The notes under the pieces are model-generated. The model was not told the DNA's origin, made no database searches, and saw only the letters and a program-made list of their open reading frames with translations. From Bacilli bacterium (GTDB lineage Bacteria > Bacillota_I > Bacilli_A > RFN20 > CAG-631), in NCBI GenBank assembly GCA_900754115.1, contig CAAEBM010000052.1, forward strand, positions 10,716 to 74,715: a DNA stretch of 64,000 bases, given 5' to 3'. Both the position numbers and the translations under genes were made by a program. Positions 1 to 9,498 of the stretch are shown piece after piece (the stretch's first letter is position 1; each line of letters starts with the position of its first letter).

Positions 1-254
1 GAGGAATTACTGTATTCTTTTTCGTTTGCAAAATCTTAGCTCTTTTTGGAACTGATAGTTTTGTACAAGTTGGAATGGGTGTCAAAGAAATGAAAATATT
101 TAATTATTTAACTATTATTTCTTTGTATGATACTTCTTCTATTGCAGCATTAAATCCTGTTTTCATTTATAAACTTCTTATTTTATTAGCAATTGGTGTA
201 ATTACAACGACAATTGGGATCTATTTTTTCAACAAGAAGGATTTGCCATTATAG
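1..254 (+). CDS. 3' end of a membrane protein; hydrophobic C-terminus ...LLILLAIGVITTTIGIYFFNKKDLPL*; gene begins upstream of the window. Possibly an ABC-2-type permease.
   Basis: Open frame from position 3 to the TAG at 252-254. The translation is strongly hydrophobic and transmembrane-like. Not in the ORF track because no start codon lies in the window. Confidence 0.4.
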   Translation, partial: GITVFFFVCKILALFGTDSFVQVGMGVKEMKIFNYLTIISLYDTSSIAALNPVFIYKLLILLAIGVITTTIGIYFFNKKDLPL

Positions 255-303
255 TATAAAGATTATCTGTCCTGGTCAAAATAATTAAAGGAGGACAACC
301 ATC

Positions 304-2307
304 ATGATTATTCGTGCCAATCCTTTCCCCATTTTTCCAAAATGGACTCAAATTAAAAAAAGAAAGAAAAAAGAACAACGATATACGATTACAAAACCTT
401 ATCAAATTGAATATGATGTCCATAAGAAGGGTAAACTTCCTTATTCTAATCATATTGAAACCGCAGGGTTTTATCACTCTAGTATTATTTTTTATCAAAT
501 TCAATCCAATCAAAAATTACGCTTAGCAAAACATTTAGTTTTCCCTACATATCGAAAAAAAGAAAACGATACAAGGGGAAGTTTTTCAATTTATACAGAA
601 AAAGAACTCGTCATTAAAATCAACCATCAACTCATTAAAGAAGAACGTTTTCAAAGTATTGTTCTAGATGGGTGTATTCATTTAAAAAGTGAACTTGCTG
701 ATGTACAACTGCAAAGAACAATTTTTGCAGCTTTTGATGCACCAGCAAATATCACTAAACTGACTTTTTATAATTCTAGTTCTTTTGAGCAAAAAATTGA
801 ATTACATACTCCTTCTTGCCTTTTTTTAGAAAACCAAGAACATTGTTATCAAAACCATTCTTATCAAATTAGTTCGCAAATTACTTTTGATTCCTTCCAA
901 ACTGACACAACAAATGAAACAATACAAATCATTTTACAACCAGCCCAAAGTTGTAGTCTTTATCATGTGATTGCTTGTCATTATTTAGATGAAAACTACA
1001 CTTTTTCTTGCAGTGAACAAGAAAAAAAACGGTTTTCTTTTTTAAAGCAAATGCAAGAACAAGTAATTTTGAAAACGAATCATCCTGTTTTAGATACGAT
1101 GTTTTATTTTGCAAAAATAAGAGCAAATGAAAGCATTTTTAAAACGAAAAGTGGATTTTTACATAGTCCTGGTGGTGGCAACTATTATGCGGCTATTTGG
1201 ACAAATGACCAATTAGAATACGCTAATCCTTGCTTTTCTTATTTTAGTTATTATCCTTCCTATACAGCCTGCATTCGTAGTATGGATTTATATGAAAAAT
1301 ATATGTATGGAGAAAATGCCTTGGTTTCTAGTATAATTGCTGAAGGCACTTCTTATTGGAATGGGGCAAAAGATCGCGGAGATGGTGCAATGTATGCTTA
1401 TGGCGCAAGTCGATTTTTATTAACCATTGGAGATGAAAAGTTAGCTCAAGCTTATGTAAAGCCCATTCAATGGTGTCTAGATTATACCTTAAGTAAAATC
1501 AATTCCTCAGGCGTAGTGGAGTCTGATAGCGATGAATTAGAAAATCGTTTTGAATCAGGAAAAGCGAATTTGGCAACCAATTCCATTGCTTATGCTGCAT
1601 TGATAAGTGGAGCAAATTTATTTGATGCTTTAAAATTAAAACATTCTTATCGCAAACAAGCAACAGAATTGAAAAAAAATATTGATTTATACTTTTTTGA
1701 CCAAGTAGAGGGATATCATACATATCGTTATTGTAAAGAAGAAAAACATCTCAGAGTGCAAATGTGTTATCCTTTAATTTGTGATATTTTAACTAAAAAA
1801 GATGACGTCGTTTCTACTCTGCTTCATGCTCCTTTATGGACTCAAGAAGGCTTTTTAACTTCGACTGAATCGACAATATTTTGGGATCGCTCTACATTAA
1901 TGGCCATTCGTGGATTATATAATGCTAATGAAAGTCATTCTGCAACAAAATATTTACTTTCTTATTCTTTCAATCGTCTTTTAACAGACCATGTTCCTTA
2001 TGCCGTCGAGGCCTATCCCGAAGGAAATCAAGCACAATTATCAGCTGAAAGTGCTTTATATATCCGCATCTTTGTGGAAGGAATTTTAGGTTTTGTTCCT
2101 CTTTCTTTTTCTTCTTTTTCTTTAAAACCTTCTTTATGTAAAACCTTATCTTGGATTGAAATCAATCATCTATATTTTTGCAATAAAAAAATTAATATCT
2201 GTGCAAAACTTTTAAAAAATCAACAAATTGAATTAACTCTAACCGGAGATATTCAACAAAAGCATATTCTTACAAATAATCAACAAATTTGCATTTCAAT
2301 TTTTTAA
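304..2307 (+). CDS. hypothetical 667-aa protein; the central region (GGGNYYAAIWTNDQLEYANP...GTSYWNGAKDRGDGAMYAYGASRF) loosely resembles six-hairpin (alpha/alpha)6 glycosidase-like folds
   Basis: Long ORF with a good SD (AAGGAGG) 9 nt upstream of the ATG. No secretion signal. Function could not be recognised with confidence. Confidence 0.75.
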   Translation: MIIRANPFPIFPKWTQIKKRKKKEQRYTITKPYQIEYDVHKKGKLPYSNHIETAGFYHSSIIFYQIQSNQKLRLAKHLVFPTYRKKENDTRGSFSIYTEKELVIKINHQLIKEERFQSIVLDGCIHLKSELADVQLQRTIFAAFDAPANITKLTFYNSSSFEQKIELHTPSCLFLENQEHCYQNHSYQISSQITFDSFQTDTTNETIQIILQPAQSCSLYHVIACHYLDENYTFSCSEQEKKRFSFLKQMQEQVILKTNHPVLDTMFYFAKIRANESIFKTKSGFLHSPGGGNYYAAIWTNDQLEYANPCFSYFSYYPSYTACIRSMDLYEKYMYGENALVSSIIAEGTSYWNGAKDRGDGAMYAYGASRFLLTIGDEKLAQAYVKPIQWCLDYTLSKINSSGVVESDSDELENRFESGKANLATNSIAYAALISGANLFDALKLKHSYRKQATELKKNIDLYFFDQVEGYHTYRYCKEEKHLRVQMCYPLICDILTKKDDVVSTLLHAPLWTQEGFLTSTESTIFWDRSTLMAIRGLYNANESHSATKYLLSYSFNRLLTDHVPYAVEAYPEGNQAQLSAESALYIRIFVEGILGFVPLSFSSFSLKPSLCKTLSWIEINHLYFCNKKINICAKLLKNQQIELTLTGDIQQKHILTNNQQICISIF

Positions 2308-2335
2308 TTTACTATAAAAGATAAAACGCAAAAAA

Positions 2336-2363
2336 CACTAGATTAAACTCTAGTGTTTTTTTT
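2336..2363. terminator. bidirectional intrinsic terminator between convergent genes
   Basis: Hairpin cactaga-ttaaac-tctagtg followed by an 8-T run. Lies between the stop of the 304..2307 (+) ORF and the stop of the 2391..3407 (-) ORF. Confidence 0.6.
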
Positions 2364-2390
2364 ATAAAATGCAGATGATTTTATTGGATT

Positions 2391-3407
2391 TTAAATATAA
2401 TATTCATTAAAAATAATAGATTGTACTGAAAAACTTTCACTATCTTCTAAACCACTGACAGGAGTGTCTACATCATTAATGACAAAACTGACATTTTCTA
2501 CTTCTTCATACAAGTTCATGGAGGCCAAAATGACTTCGTAAATATCGGATTGAACGCTATTTTCATCAAATAAAGCTTGTTCATTTAATGTCACTTTTAA
2601 AACTTGATTATCTAAAGTAGAACTAGCTTCTAGTTCAATATCTTGTAGACAAGCAACAACTTTTAAACGAGTGGTAATCGCTGGTTTTTCTAATAATTTT
2701 TCAATTGTTAAATCATAAATGGATAACTCTTTTTCATTTTGAACATATTGGGTCACTGGAATAATATAATCTACCTTATCAATTGTTTTAGTATAATAAG
2801 ATAAAATTCTAGTTGAACCTAAAATATCAGGTGTCGAGGTGACTAATAAATTGTTAATGCCCATTTCTCTTGTTAATATAGATGCTACAGGAGTTTGTCT
2901 ACGAGGCATTTTTAAAATTGGTTCTTGGTTTAAAGTCAATGAAATTCCTTCAATTTCATCAAATTCGGTCATTGTCCAAGTAATGGATTCCAATAAAGCA
3001 ACTTCATTTTTTTCATCATATTCAAAAAAACCTTCATCAAAATCAATTGTTAAAACATTTTGATCATCTAAACTCAATTGATTAATTTTTGCTTCTTCTG
3101 GAATTAAACCTTGGAAAGTATCGTTACAAATGGCACTGTTTTCTTTAATTAAAGAAAGCACCATTAACATATTTTCTCCCACTGTGTCTTTTTGATTAAA
3201 TTTAATCGTCAATGGAACCAAAGTGTGGTCTTTTGTGCTCGCTAAATAAACATTGGCTTGTTGTTGTAATAATGGTTCTTGCTTAGGTTCGTTTGCGGCT
3301 TCTTTTTTATTACTCTTCCCAATGAAAATCGTTGCAATGATTAAAATGATGATAATTGGAATTGCGATTAAGACAATTTTCTTCGCTTTTTTGTTTAATT
3401 GAATCAT
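2391..3407 (-). CDS. membrane-anchored hypothetical protein (N-terminal TM helix, extracytoplasmic acidic domains); possibly GerM-like (two GerMN-type domains)
   Basis: N-terminal KKAKKIVLIAIPIIIILIIATIFIG anchor. Adjacent to a GerE-like regulator. Domain assignment is from memory only. Confidence 0.6.
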   Translation of the reverse strand: MIQLNKKAKKIVLIAIPIIIILIIATIFIGKSNKKEAANEPKQEPLLQQQANVYLASTKDHTLVPLTIKFNQKDTVGENMLMVLSLIKENSAICNDTFQGLIPEEAKINQLSLDDQNVLTIDFDEGFFEYDEKNEVALLESITWTMTEFDEIEGISLTLNQEPILKMPRRQTPVASILTREMGINNLLVTSTPDILGSTRILSYYTKTIDKVDYIIPVTQYVQNEKELSIYDLTIEKLLEKPAITTRLKVVACLQDIELEASSTLDNQVLKVTLNEQALFDENSVQSDIYEVILASMNLYEEVENVSFVINDVDTPVSGLEDSESFSVQSIIFNEYYI

Positions 3408-3466
3408 ACTATCCTTCCCTTCACCAAAACTATATGAATGGATATCTTTAAAAATACCTTTTTTTA

Positions 3467-3492
3467 AAAATAAAATAGCCCCAAAGGGCTAT
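3467..3492 (-). terminator. intrinsic terminator after the gerE-like gene
   Basis: Hairpin atagccc-caaa-gggctat overlapping the stop codon, followed on the minus strand by TTTTATTTTT. Confidence 0.55.
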
Positions 3493-3692
3493 AAAGATAT
3501 TTCTTTCATTTTGAGAAGCTCAACAACGGCCTGCGCTCTACCTTTAACATCAAGTTTAAGCATAACGTTAGAAATATGATTGCGCACGGTTTTTTCACTA
3601 ATAAATAAACGTTCAGCGATTTCTTTTGTTGATTTATTTGAAATTAAAAGTTCAAATATTTCTCTTTCTCTTTTAGTGAGTACTGATGTCAT
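3489..3692 (-). CDS. gerE: LuxR-family HTH regulator, GerE-like (67 aa)
   Basis: [56 protein letters not shown] is near-identical in pattern to B. subtilis GerE as I recall it ([57 protein letters not shown]). Confidence 0.8.
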   Translation of the reverse strand: [67 protein letters not shown]

Positions 3693-3694
3693 AT

Positions 3695-5494
3695 TTAACC
3701 TCCGTTTGCCTCACTATCATCATATGCATTTTTTTGCAAAGGGTCCGTATTATTTAATACTTTTTGTAAGTTTTTTGCAACATTTAAAGGAACGATTTGA
3801 CTTAATTGTTCTAAGCTGCACTTTTTTAATTCATCAAGAGTTGGATATGCTTCCAGTAATCTTTTTTTTCTAGCTGGTCCTAATCCTTCTACTTGATCAA
3901 ATAATGAGGAAAACATTGATTTTGCTTTTTTAGCTTTAAAAAAGTGAATAGCATAACGATGGACTTCATCTTGTAATCGCACTAAAAACAAAAAGAGTTT
4001 ACTATCTTTTTTTAAAGGCACTTCTTCAAAATTAGGAAGGATTAAGGCTCTTGTGTGATGGTGGTCATCTTTTAAAAGTCCACAAACATCAATGGTCACA
4101 CCCAATGTTTGTAAAGCATTCATGGCTGCTTTCATTTGGTTGATTCCCCCATCAACAATTAAAAGGTCGCTAAATGGTAAGTGATCTTTTATTAAATTAT
4201 AAAATCGACGATAAATGACTTCATGAGTAGAAGCTAAATCATCTTGTTTATTTTCTCCCTTTATAATAAATTTCCGATATTTATTTTTTACAGGATAACC
4301 ATTTGTAAATACCACAATTCCACCAACCGCACTATCGCCACTGATATGACTAATATCACACATTTCTATCGTGCTTACTCGTTCTTTATTTAGATAATGT
4401 CCAAGTTCAACAAAAATATCTTCGTCTTTGGAAGCTAAAGAAACAAACTTTTCTTCTAATGATTTTTTAGCATTTTCTACTGCAATTAAAATCAAATCCA
4501 ATCCCTTTGCTGCTTTAGGATAAACAACTTTAATAGGAAGGGTTTCTTCTAACAAATCAAGTTGAATTCCATTACTTATAAAAATTTCTTTTGGAATGTC
4601 ATGTGTTTGATAAAATTGCATTAAATAATCCAATAATGGTTCTTCAATTGAGTCCAAAACATCTAAAATTTCATTGATTTTAGCGTTTAAATATCCATTA
4701 CGGTACATTAATACTGTCACGGATAAATAGCCTTCTTTTTGATAAAATCCAACTATATCTCGATTGATTTGATCGTGAAATTCAATCACTTGTTTATCGG
4801 TGACAATCTTGATTTGTTGAATTAATTGCTTATATTCATTGGCTCTTTCAAAGGCTAATTGCTCACTTGCTTGAAGCATTTTTTGAGTTAAATCTTGAAG
4901 AATATCTTTGGTATTCCCTTTAAAAAATTTATCGATTTCATTGACAATTTGTTGATATTTTTGTTGTTCAATTTCATAAACACAAGGAGCTAGACATTGT
5001 TTTAAATGATAATATAGACACACACTTTTAGGTAGCATTCGACATTTTCTTAATGGGTAAATGGCATTTAATAGATGCATCGTATTATATGCGGCTTTGG
5101 AATCAGGAAAAGGGCCATAGTGTTTATAACTTTTAGATTTTGCATCTCTTGTAATTCTTAAACGAGGATTTTTTTCTTTACTAATCGCAATATATGGATA
5201 ATGTTTATCATCCTTAAAAATGACATTAAAAGGAGGATAATATTGCTTAATTAAATTAATTTCTAAAACTAAGGCTTCTTTTTCTGAAAGGGTTACAAAA
5301 AATTCCAAATCATCAATCAGTTGTACTAATTTTGAGGTTTTATTATTGTAAACACGATTAAAGTATTGGAAAACACGATTCTTTAATTTTTTTGCTTTTC
5401 CAACATATAAAATATTTTGATCTGCATCTTTAAAAATATAACATCCTGGTTGCAAGGGCAATATATCTAACTTTGCTTTTAACTTTTCATTCAT
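3695..5494 (-). CDS. uvrC: excinuclease ABC subunit C
   Basis: N-terminal GIY-YIG motif (GCYIFKDADQNILYVGKAKKLKNRVFQYF). Length 599 aa. C-terminal HhH region. Confidence 0.9.
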   Translation of the reverse strand: MNEKLKAKLDILPLQPGCYIFKDADQNILYVGKAKKLKNRVFQYFNRVYNNKTSKLVQLIDDLEFFVTLSEKEALVLEINLIKQYYPPFNVIFKDDKHYPYIAISKEKNPRLRITRDAKSKSYKHYGPFPDSKAAYNTMHLLNAIYPLRKCRMLPKSVCLYYHLKQCLAPCVYEIEQQKYQQIVNEIDKFFKGNTKDILQDLTQKMLQASEQLAFERANEYKQLIQQIKIVTDKQVIEFHDQINRDIVGFYQKEGYLSVTVLMYRNGYLNAKINEILDVLDSIEEPLLDYLMQFYQTHDIPKEIFISNGIQLDLLEETLPIKVVYPKAAKGLDLILIAVENAKKSLEEKFVSLASKDEDIFVELGHYLNKERVSTIEMCDISHISGDSAVGGIVVFTNGYPVKNKYRKFIIKGENKQDDLASTHEVIYRRFYNLIKDHLPFSDLLIVDGGINQMKAAMNALQTLGVTIDVCGLLKDDHHHTRALILPNFEEVPLKKDSKLFLFLVRLQDEVHRYAIHFFKAKKAKSMFSSLFDQVEGLGPARKKRLLEAYPTLDELKKCSLEQLSQIVPLNVAKNLQKVLNNTDPLQKNAYDDSEANGG

Positions 5495-5504
5495 ATTGAT
5501 TCAC

Positions 5505-7814
5505 CTATTTTAATTGAACAATGGTTACCCCTGTGCCACCTTCTCCGTATCCTCCACTGCGGTAACTTTTTACAAAAGAGCGTTGTTTTAAAAACTCTTG
5601 AATCGCTTTTTTGAGCGTTCCTGTCCCTAAACCATGAATAATCGTTACTGAGGGGTAATTGGCAAGTAATGCTTGATCTAAGTAGGAAGTGAGCACATTT
5701 AATGCTTCTTCAACACGATAACCCACAACATTAATAGAAGTTGGTACATTTGGCAAACGATCTTGAGGATATAACAAAGGTTTACTAGTTGTTTTTTTAG
5801 GTTGACCTTGTGCTTTCTTTAAGTCTTTTAAAGACACTTTAATTGAAGTGTTATTGGAAAGGATAATGGCATACTGATTTTTGATTTCTTGTATTTTTCC
5901 ATAATTTTGTAAAGTTTTCACATATACATCATCTCCAATGTGAAATTCTTCGACCTGTAATTCTTGCTTTTCTTCCTCTTGTAATTGTTGTAATTGACTT
6001 AAAATTGCATTTTTGTGATGTAATTTAAATTCTTCTTTATTTGTATTTTGCAATTGAGAAATTAAAAGTTGAACTTCTTTTTTTGTTTGTTCAAGTATAT
6101 CTTCTTGTTGCTTTTTATAATCTTGTATAATTTTTTGTTTCTTTTGTTGTAATTCTTCTTGTTCTTTTTGTAATTTAATTTTTAATTGTTGAATGGTTTC
6201 TTCTTGCTTTTTTATATTGAATAGACGAAGTTCTTCTTCTTTTTTTTGTTGATTCATAGAATCAATGAGATGTTCTAAAGTAGAGGTATCTTCATCTTTA
6301 TACTTTTTAGCTTTTTCAATAATAGAAGAAGAAATTCCTAATCTTGTACTTATTTCTAAAGCATAGGAACGTCCAACTACATTAAAGAGTAGTTTATAAG
6401 TAGGGGTCATGGTATTTTCATCAAAAGACATACTAGAGAGTAGAATTGAACTAGAGGTTTTAGCAAAATCTTTAATTCCTACATAATGAGTCGTAACTAA
6501 AGCCATGATTTTTCTATCATCTAAATCATCTAAAATTGCTTTTGCCAAGGCTTCTCCCTCTTTAGGATCAGTTTTAGACCCCAATTCATCAAGAACAACT
6601 AATGAATGTTCATCAGCATTTTTTAATATTTTTGCAACATTGGCCATATGGCTACTAAATCCTGACATTGATTCTTCAATGGATTGTTCGTCACCAATAT
6701 CTACAAAAAGATGTTTAAAAATTTTTAAAGATGCATTTTGAACTGGCAAAGGTAAGCCACATTGATTCATGTAAACTAAAAGAGCAATGGTTTTTATAGA
6801 AACGGTTTTCCCACCTGCGTTTGGACCAGAAATTACCAAAATTCGTTGATGATTTTTCCCTAAAACATAATCATTAGGAATGACTTTTTGCGCATCAATT
6901 AAAGGATGTTTGGCTTGAATTAAAGAAATATAAGAATCATTTAAAGTAGCAATTTCATATCCCTTTTCTAAACCATAACAACCCTTCAAATATAAAAAAC
7001 TTAATTCTTTTAGTGCTTCATTGTTTTTATAAAACGCTTCTTTTTCTTTCAATAACATTTGGCACAATGCTTTTATAATACGCTTTTCTTCCACTCCTTG
7101 CTCGTATTTTAAAGATTCTAATCTTAAATTAAGTTCAATGACCTCTTGTGGTTCAATATAGTAGGTTTGTCCTGAATCACTAGTATCAATAATCATTCCT
7201 TTTATTGCATTTTTATAAGACGCTTTAATTGGTAAAACTAAATGATTATTTTTACTAGCAATCAAATAATCGGTTACATAATCAGCATATCTTTTTAATA
7301 ATTGTTGAAGTATATTTTTAATTTCTTCTTCACATTGGCGAATTCTTTTTTTTATACTTTTTAAATCACTGGAAGCATGGTCATATATCGTGAAATTAGG
7401 AGCAATACAAAATTGAATTTGGTTAACAATTGAAGAAAAATAAAATAATTGTTGAATGTATTGGAAAGTAAAAGGATAACTCTCAGTTGATAAATTTTTT
7501 TGGAATTGTTTTAATTCTTGAACAATTTGTAGATGAATTAAAAAATCATAAATTTCTGGTAATTCAAGAATCTTACCTCTTTGAAGTTGGTGAAGATAGA
7601 TTTCTAAATCTTTTAAAGCCGCTAAATTCGGCATTAAACCTAAAGTTTTGAGTTGATATCCTTCTTTAGTTTTATTTAACTCTTCTTGGACTCTTTCAAA
7701 AATATAGAAAGGTTGTAACTCTAAAACTTTTTTTTGGCTTAAAGAATTGATATTGAGTTTTAATATTTGTTCTTTGATTTTATCGAATTCTAATATCTCT
7801 GCTAAAGGTTTCAT
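5505..7814 (-). CDS. mutS2: endonuclease MutS2 (MutS domain plus C-terminal Smr)
   Basis: Walker A GPNAGGKT. Coiled-coil KE-rich middle. C-terminal Smr (IIHGLGTGTLKKAIQEFL). Length 769 aa. Confidence 0.9.
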   Translation of the reverse strand: MKPLAEILEFDKIKEQILKLNINSLSQKKVLELQPFYIFERVQEELNKTKEGYQLKTLGLMPNLAALKDLEIYLHQLQRGKILELPEIYDFLIHLQIVQELKQFQKNLSTESYPFTFQYIQQLFYFSSIVNQIQFCIAPNFTIYDHASSDLKSIKKRIRQCEEEIKNILQQLLKRYADYVTDYLIASKNNHLVLPIKASYKNAIKGMIIDTSDSGQTYYIEPQEVIELNLRLESLKYEQGVEEKRIIKALCQMLLKEKEAFYKNNEALKELSFLYLKGCYGLEKGYEIATLNDSYISLIQAKHPLIDAQKVIPNDYVLGKNHQRILVISGPNAGGKTVSIKTIALLVYMNQCGLPLPVQNASLKIFKHLFVDIGDEQSIEESMSGFSSHMANVAKILKNADEHSLVVLDELGSKTDPKEGEALAKAILDDLDDRKIMALVTTHYVGIKDFAKTSSSILLSSMSFDENTMTPTYKLLFNVVGRSYALEISTRLGISSSIIEKAKKYKDEDTSTLEHLIDSMNQQKKEEELRLFNIKKQEETIQQLKIKLQKEQEELQQKKQKIIQDYKKQQEDILEQTKKEVQLLISQLQNTNKEEFKLHHKNAILSQLQQLQEEEKQELQVEEFHIGDDVYVKTLQNYGKIQEIKNQYAIILSNNTSIKVSLKDLKKAQGQPKKTTSKPLLYPQDRLPNVPTSINVVGYRVEEALNVLTSYLDQALLANYPSVTIIHGLGTGTLKKAIQEFLKQRSFVKSYRSGGYGEGGTGVTIVQLK

Positions 7815-7899
7815 CTACCTCACCTCATCTTTATTATACCAAAATATTGGACAAAATGATTGAAATTTCGGTATAATATGAAAAAAGGAGTGAAGAAAA

Positions 7900-8928
7900 A
7901 TGAAATATCCTGCTTATTTAGATAAAAATTCTGCGATTTATTTCATTGCCCCTTCTTATGGTTCTTCAAAAGACCCTTACTATTCTAGATTAAATAAATG
8001 TATAGAACTCTTTCAAAATAAAGGGTTTACTATTTTAAAAGGACCTAATATTTATTTATTACACAAAGAAGAAAGCAATACTCCTCTTCTTCGGGCAAAG
8101 GAATTTATGGAAGCCTATCAATCTTCTTGTTCTTTAATATGGTCCGTTGCTGGAGGGGAATTGATGACCCTCATATTACCTTATTTAGATCAAAATAAAT
8201 TGATGCAAGCCACTCCAAAATGGTTTATGGGATATAGTGATAATACCATTTTAACTTATTTTTTAACGACTGCTTGTGATGTCTCTAGTCTTTATTCTTA
8301 TCATCCTCATAGTTATGGTTTAATCAACTCCTGGCCTTCTTTTTTAAAGGATCCTTTTTTATTTTTGTTTAACAAAAAAAAGACTTTTTCTTCTTATGAT
8401 AAATATGAAAAAAATTCTAAAAAAGAAGAAGGAGAAATATTTTATCCCTTTAACTTAACTGAACCCGTCTGTTGGAAAAATTTAGCAAAAAAACCTAAAG
8501 AGGTTTTTAAAGGACGATGTATTGGTGGATGTTTAGATGTATTGATTGCTTTTGCTGGAACTTGCTATGATCATACCTCTTCTTTTATTCATCGCTATCA
8601 ACAGGATGGATTCATTTGGTATTTTGATATCTTTAGTTTATCTCCTGTTGCTTTATCTCTTGCCTTATTTAAGCTAAAAGCACTTGGCTGGTTTAAAAAT
8701 GTCAATGGTTTTTTAATATCTAGAATCCCTGATTGGTCTTATTTTCCTTCTAGTGATTTAACTTATGAAGATGTTTTACACCAACATTTAGTTGAATATC
8801 ACGTTCCCATTCTTTATGATTGTGATATTGGACATCTTCCTCCTACTATTCCTATGGTGAATGGAGCGCTAATGAAGGTAAAATACAAAAATGCAAAAGC
8901 AACAATTGAATTTGATTTACAAGAATAA
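7900..8928 (+). CDS. LD-carboxypeptidase (peptidase S66, LdcA-like)
   Basis: S66 nucleophile motif GYSDNTIL and C-terminal DIGHLPP histidine motif. Length 342 aa. SD upstream. Confidence 0.75.
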   Translation: MKYPAYLDKNSAIYFIAPSYGSSKDPYYSRLNKCIELFQNKGFTILKGPNIYLLHKEESNTPLLRAKEFMEAYQSSCSLIWSVAGGELMTLILPYLDQNKLMQATPKWFMGYSDNTILTYFLTTACDVSSLYSYHPHSYGLINSWPSFLKDPFLFLFNKKKTFSSYDKYEKNSKKEEGEIFYPFNLTEPVCWKNLAKKPKEVFKGRCIGGCLDVLIAFAGTCYDHTSSFIHRYQQDGFIWYFDIFSLSPVALSLALFKLKALGWFKNVNGFLISRIPDWSYFPSSDLTYEDVLHQHLVEYHVPILYDCDIGHLPPTIPMVNGALMKVKYKNAKATIEFDLQE

Positions 8929-8930
8929 AA

Positions 8931-9005
8931 GGGTTTTAAGGTAATTAGATTCGGTAGTAAGTATAAAATTAATAAAAAATGACCCAACGATAAGACATCG
9001 TTGGT
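8931..9005. repeat. copy 1 of a ~75-bp direct repeat (gggttttaaggtaattagattcggtagtaagtataaaattaataaaaaatgacccaacgataagacatcgttgg); it is the 5' part of a terminator block, truncated inside the hairpin
   Basis: About 90% identical to 10811..10884. The copy breaks off at catcgttgg and continues directly into NADAR-homologous sequence. Confidence 0.85.
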
Positions 9006-9200
9006 ACTTAAAAGTTTATTTTTTAAACTTTCATTTTGACTAAATTTGGCTAGCAATCCTTCGTACACAACAATTTGCCTTATTCCATTCCAAGATTTGT
9101 TTTGCCACTTTTTGGTCGTTCAAAAAAAGTACCTTTTGATACATCATAAACTGTTCCATTAAAAAAAAAGTTTAACTTTCAATCATAAACTCTGATGTAA
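8997..9200 (-). pseudogene. NADAR/YbiA-family gene fragment: an internal ~200-bp remnant with an ~80-bp internal deletion, no start and no 3' end
   Basis: About 85-90% nucleotide identity to 11089..11370 of the intact NADAR gene. The encoded YEGLLAKFSQNESLKNKLLSTND stretch is identical. Frame-disrupted and truncated. Confidence 0.85.
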
Positions 9201-9440
9201 ATGATGATATTAAAGACTTAGAAGAAGCTTTATTAAATTATAATAATATCAATGGTGATGTAATAATATTTGAAGAGAAATTTAAACGCTTTATTGATTC
9301 ATTAACTGTTCTACCAGAAGTTGAATTAGATATAATCTTATTTTGTGTTTCTCAGGTGCTTCTAGATAAAAATAATGAAACTAGGGAAATAGATGTAACG
9401 ATACAATTCAAGTTTGAAGTTTAATGATAACCATTTTTTT

Positions 9441-9480
9441 GTTTCCCAAAAATGTAAAAAATTTGAATTTGGGAAATGAA
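9441..9480. repeat. palindromic element tttcccaaa-N20-tttgggaaatg immediately upstream of the AAA-ATPase gene (left boundary repeat)
   Basis: Imperfect inverted repeat TTTCCCAAA / TTTGGGAAA. A second copy of the same element lies immediately downstream of the gene (10701..10745). Confidence 0.6.
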
Positions 9481-9498
9481 GATGCATAATACTAATAG

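Noticed and set aside
229-526. ORFs 229..513 (-) and 314..526 (+)
   Set aside because: Both are alternative frames over the start of the well-supported 667-aa gene (304..2307), which has the only good SD.
8814-9068. 84-aa minus-strand ORF in the track
   Set aside because: Chimeric artefact. Its N-terminal half is the decayed NADAR pseudogene fragment (YEGLLAKFSQNESLKNKLLSTND). The rest is the antisense strand of the LD-carboxypeptidase 3' end. There is no SD.
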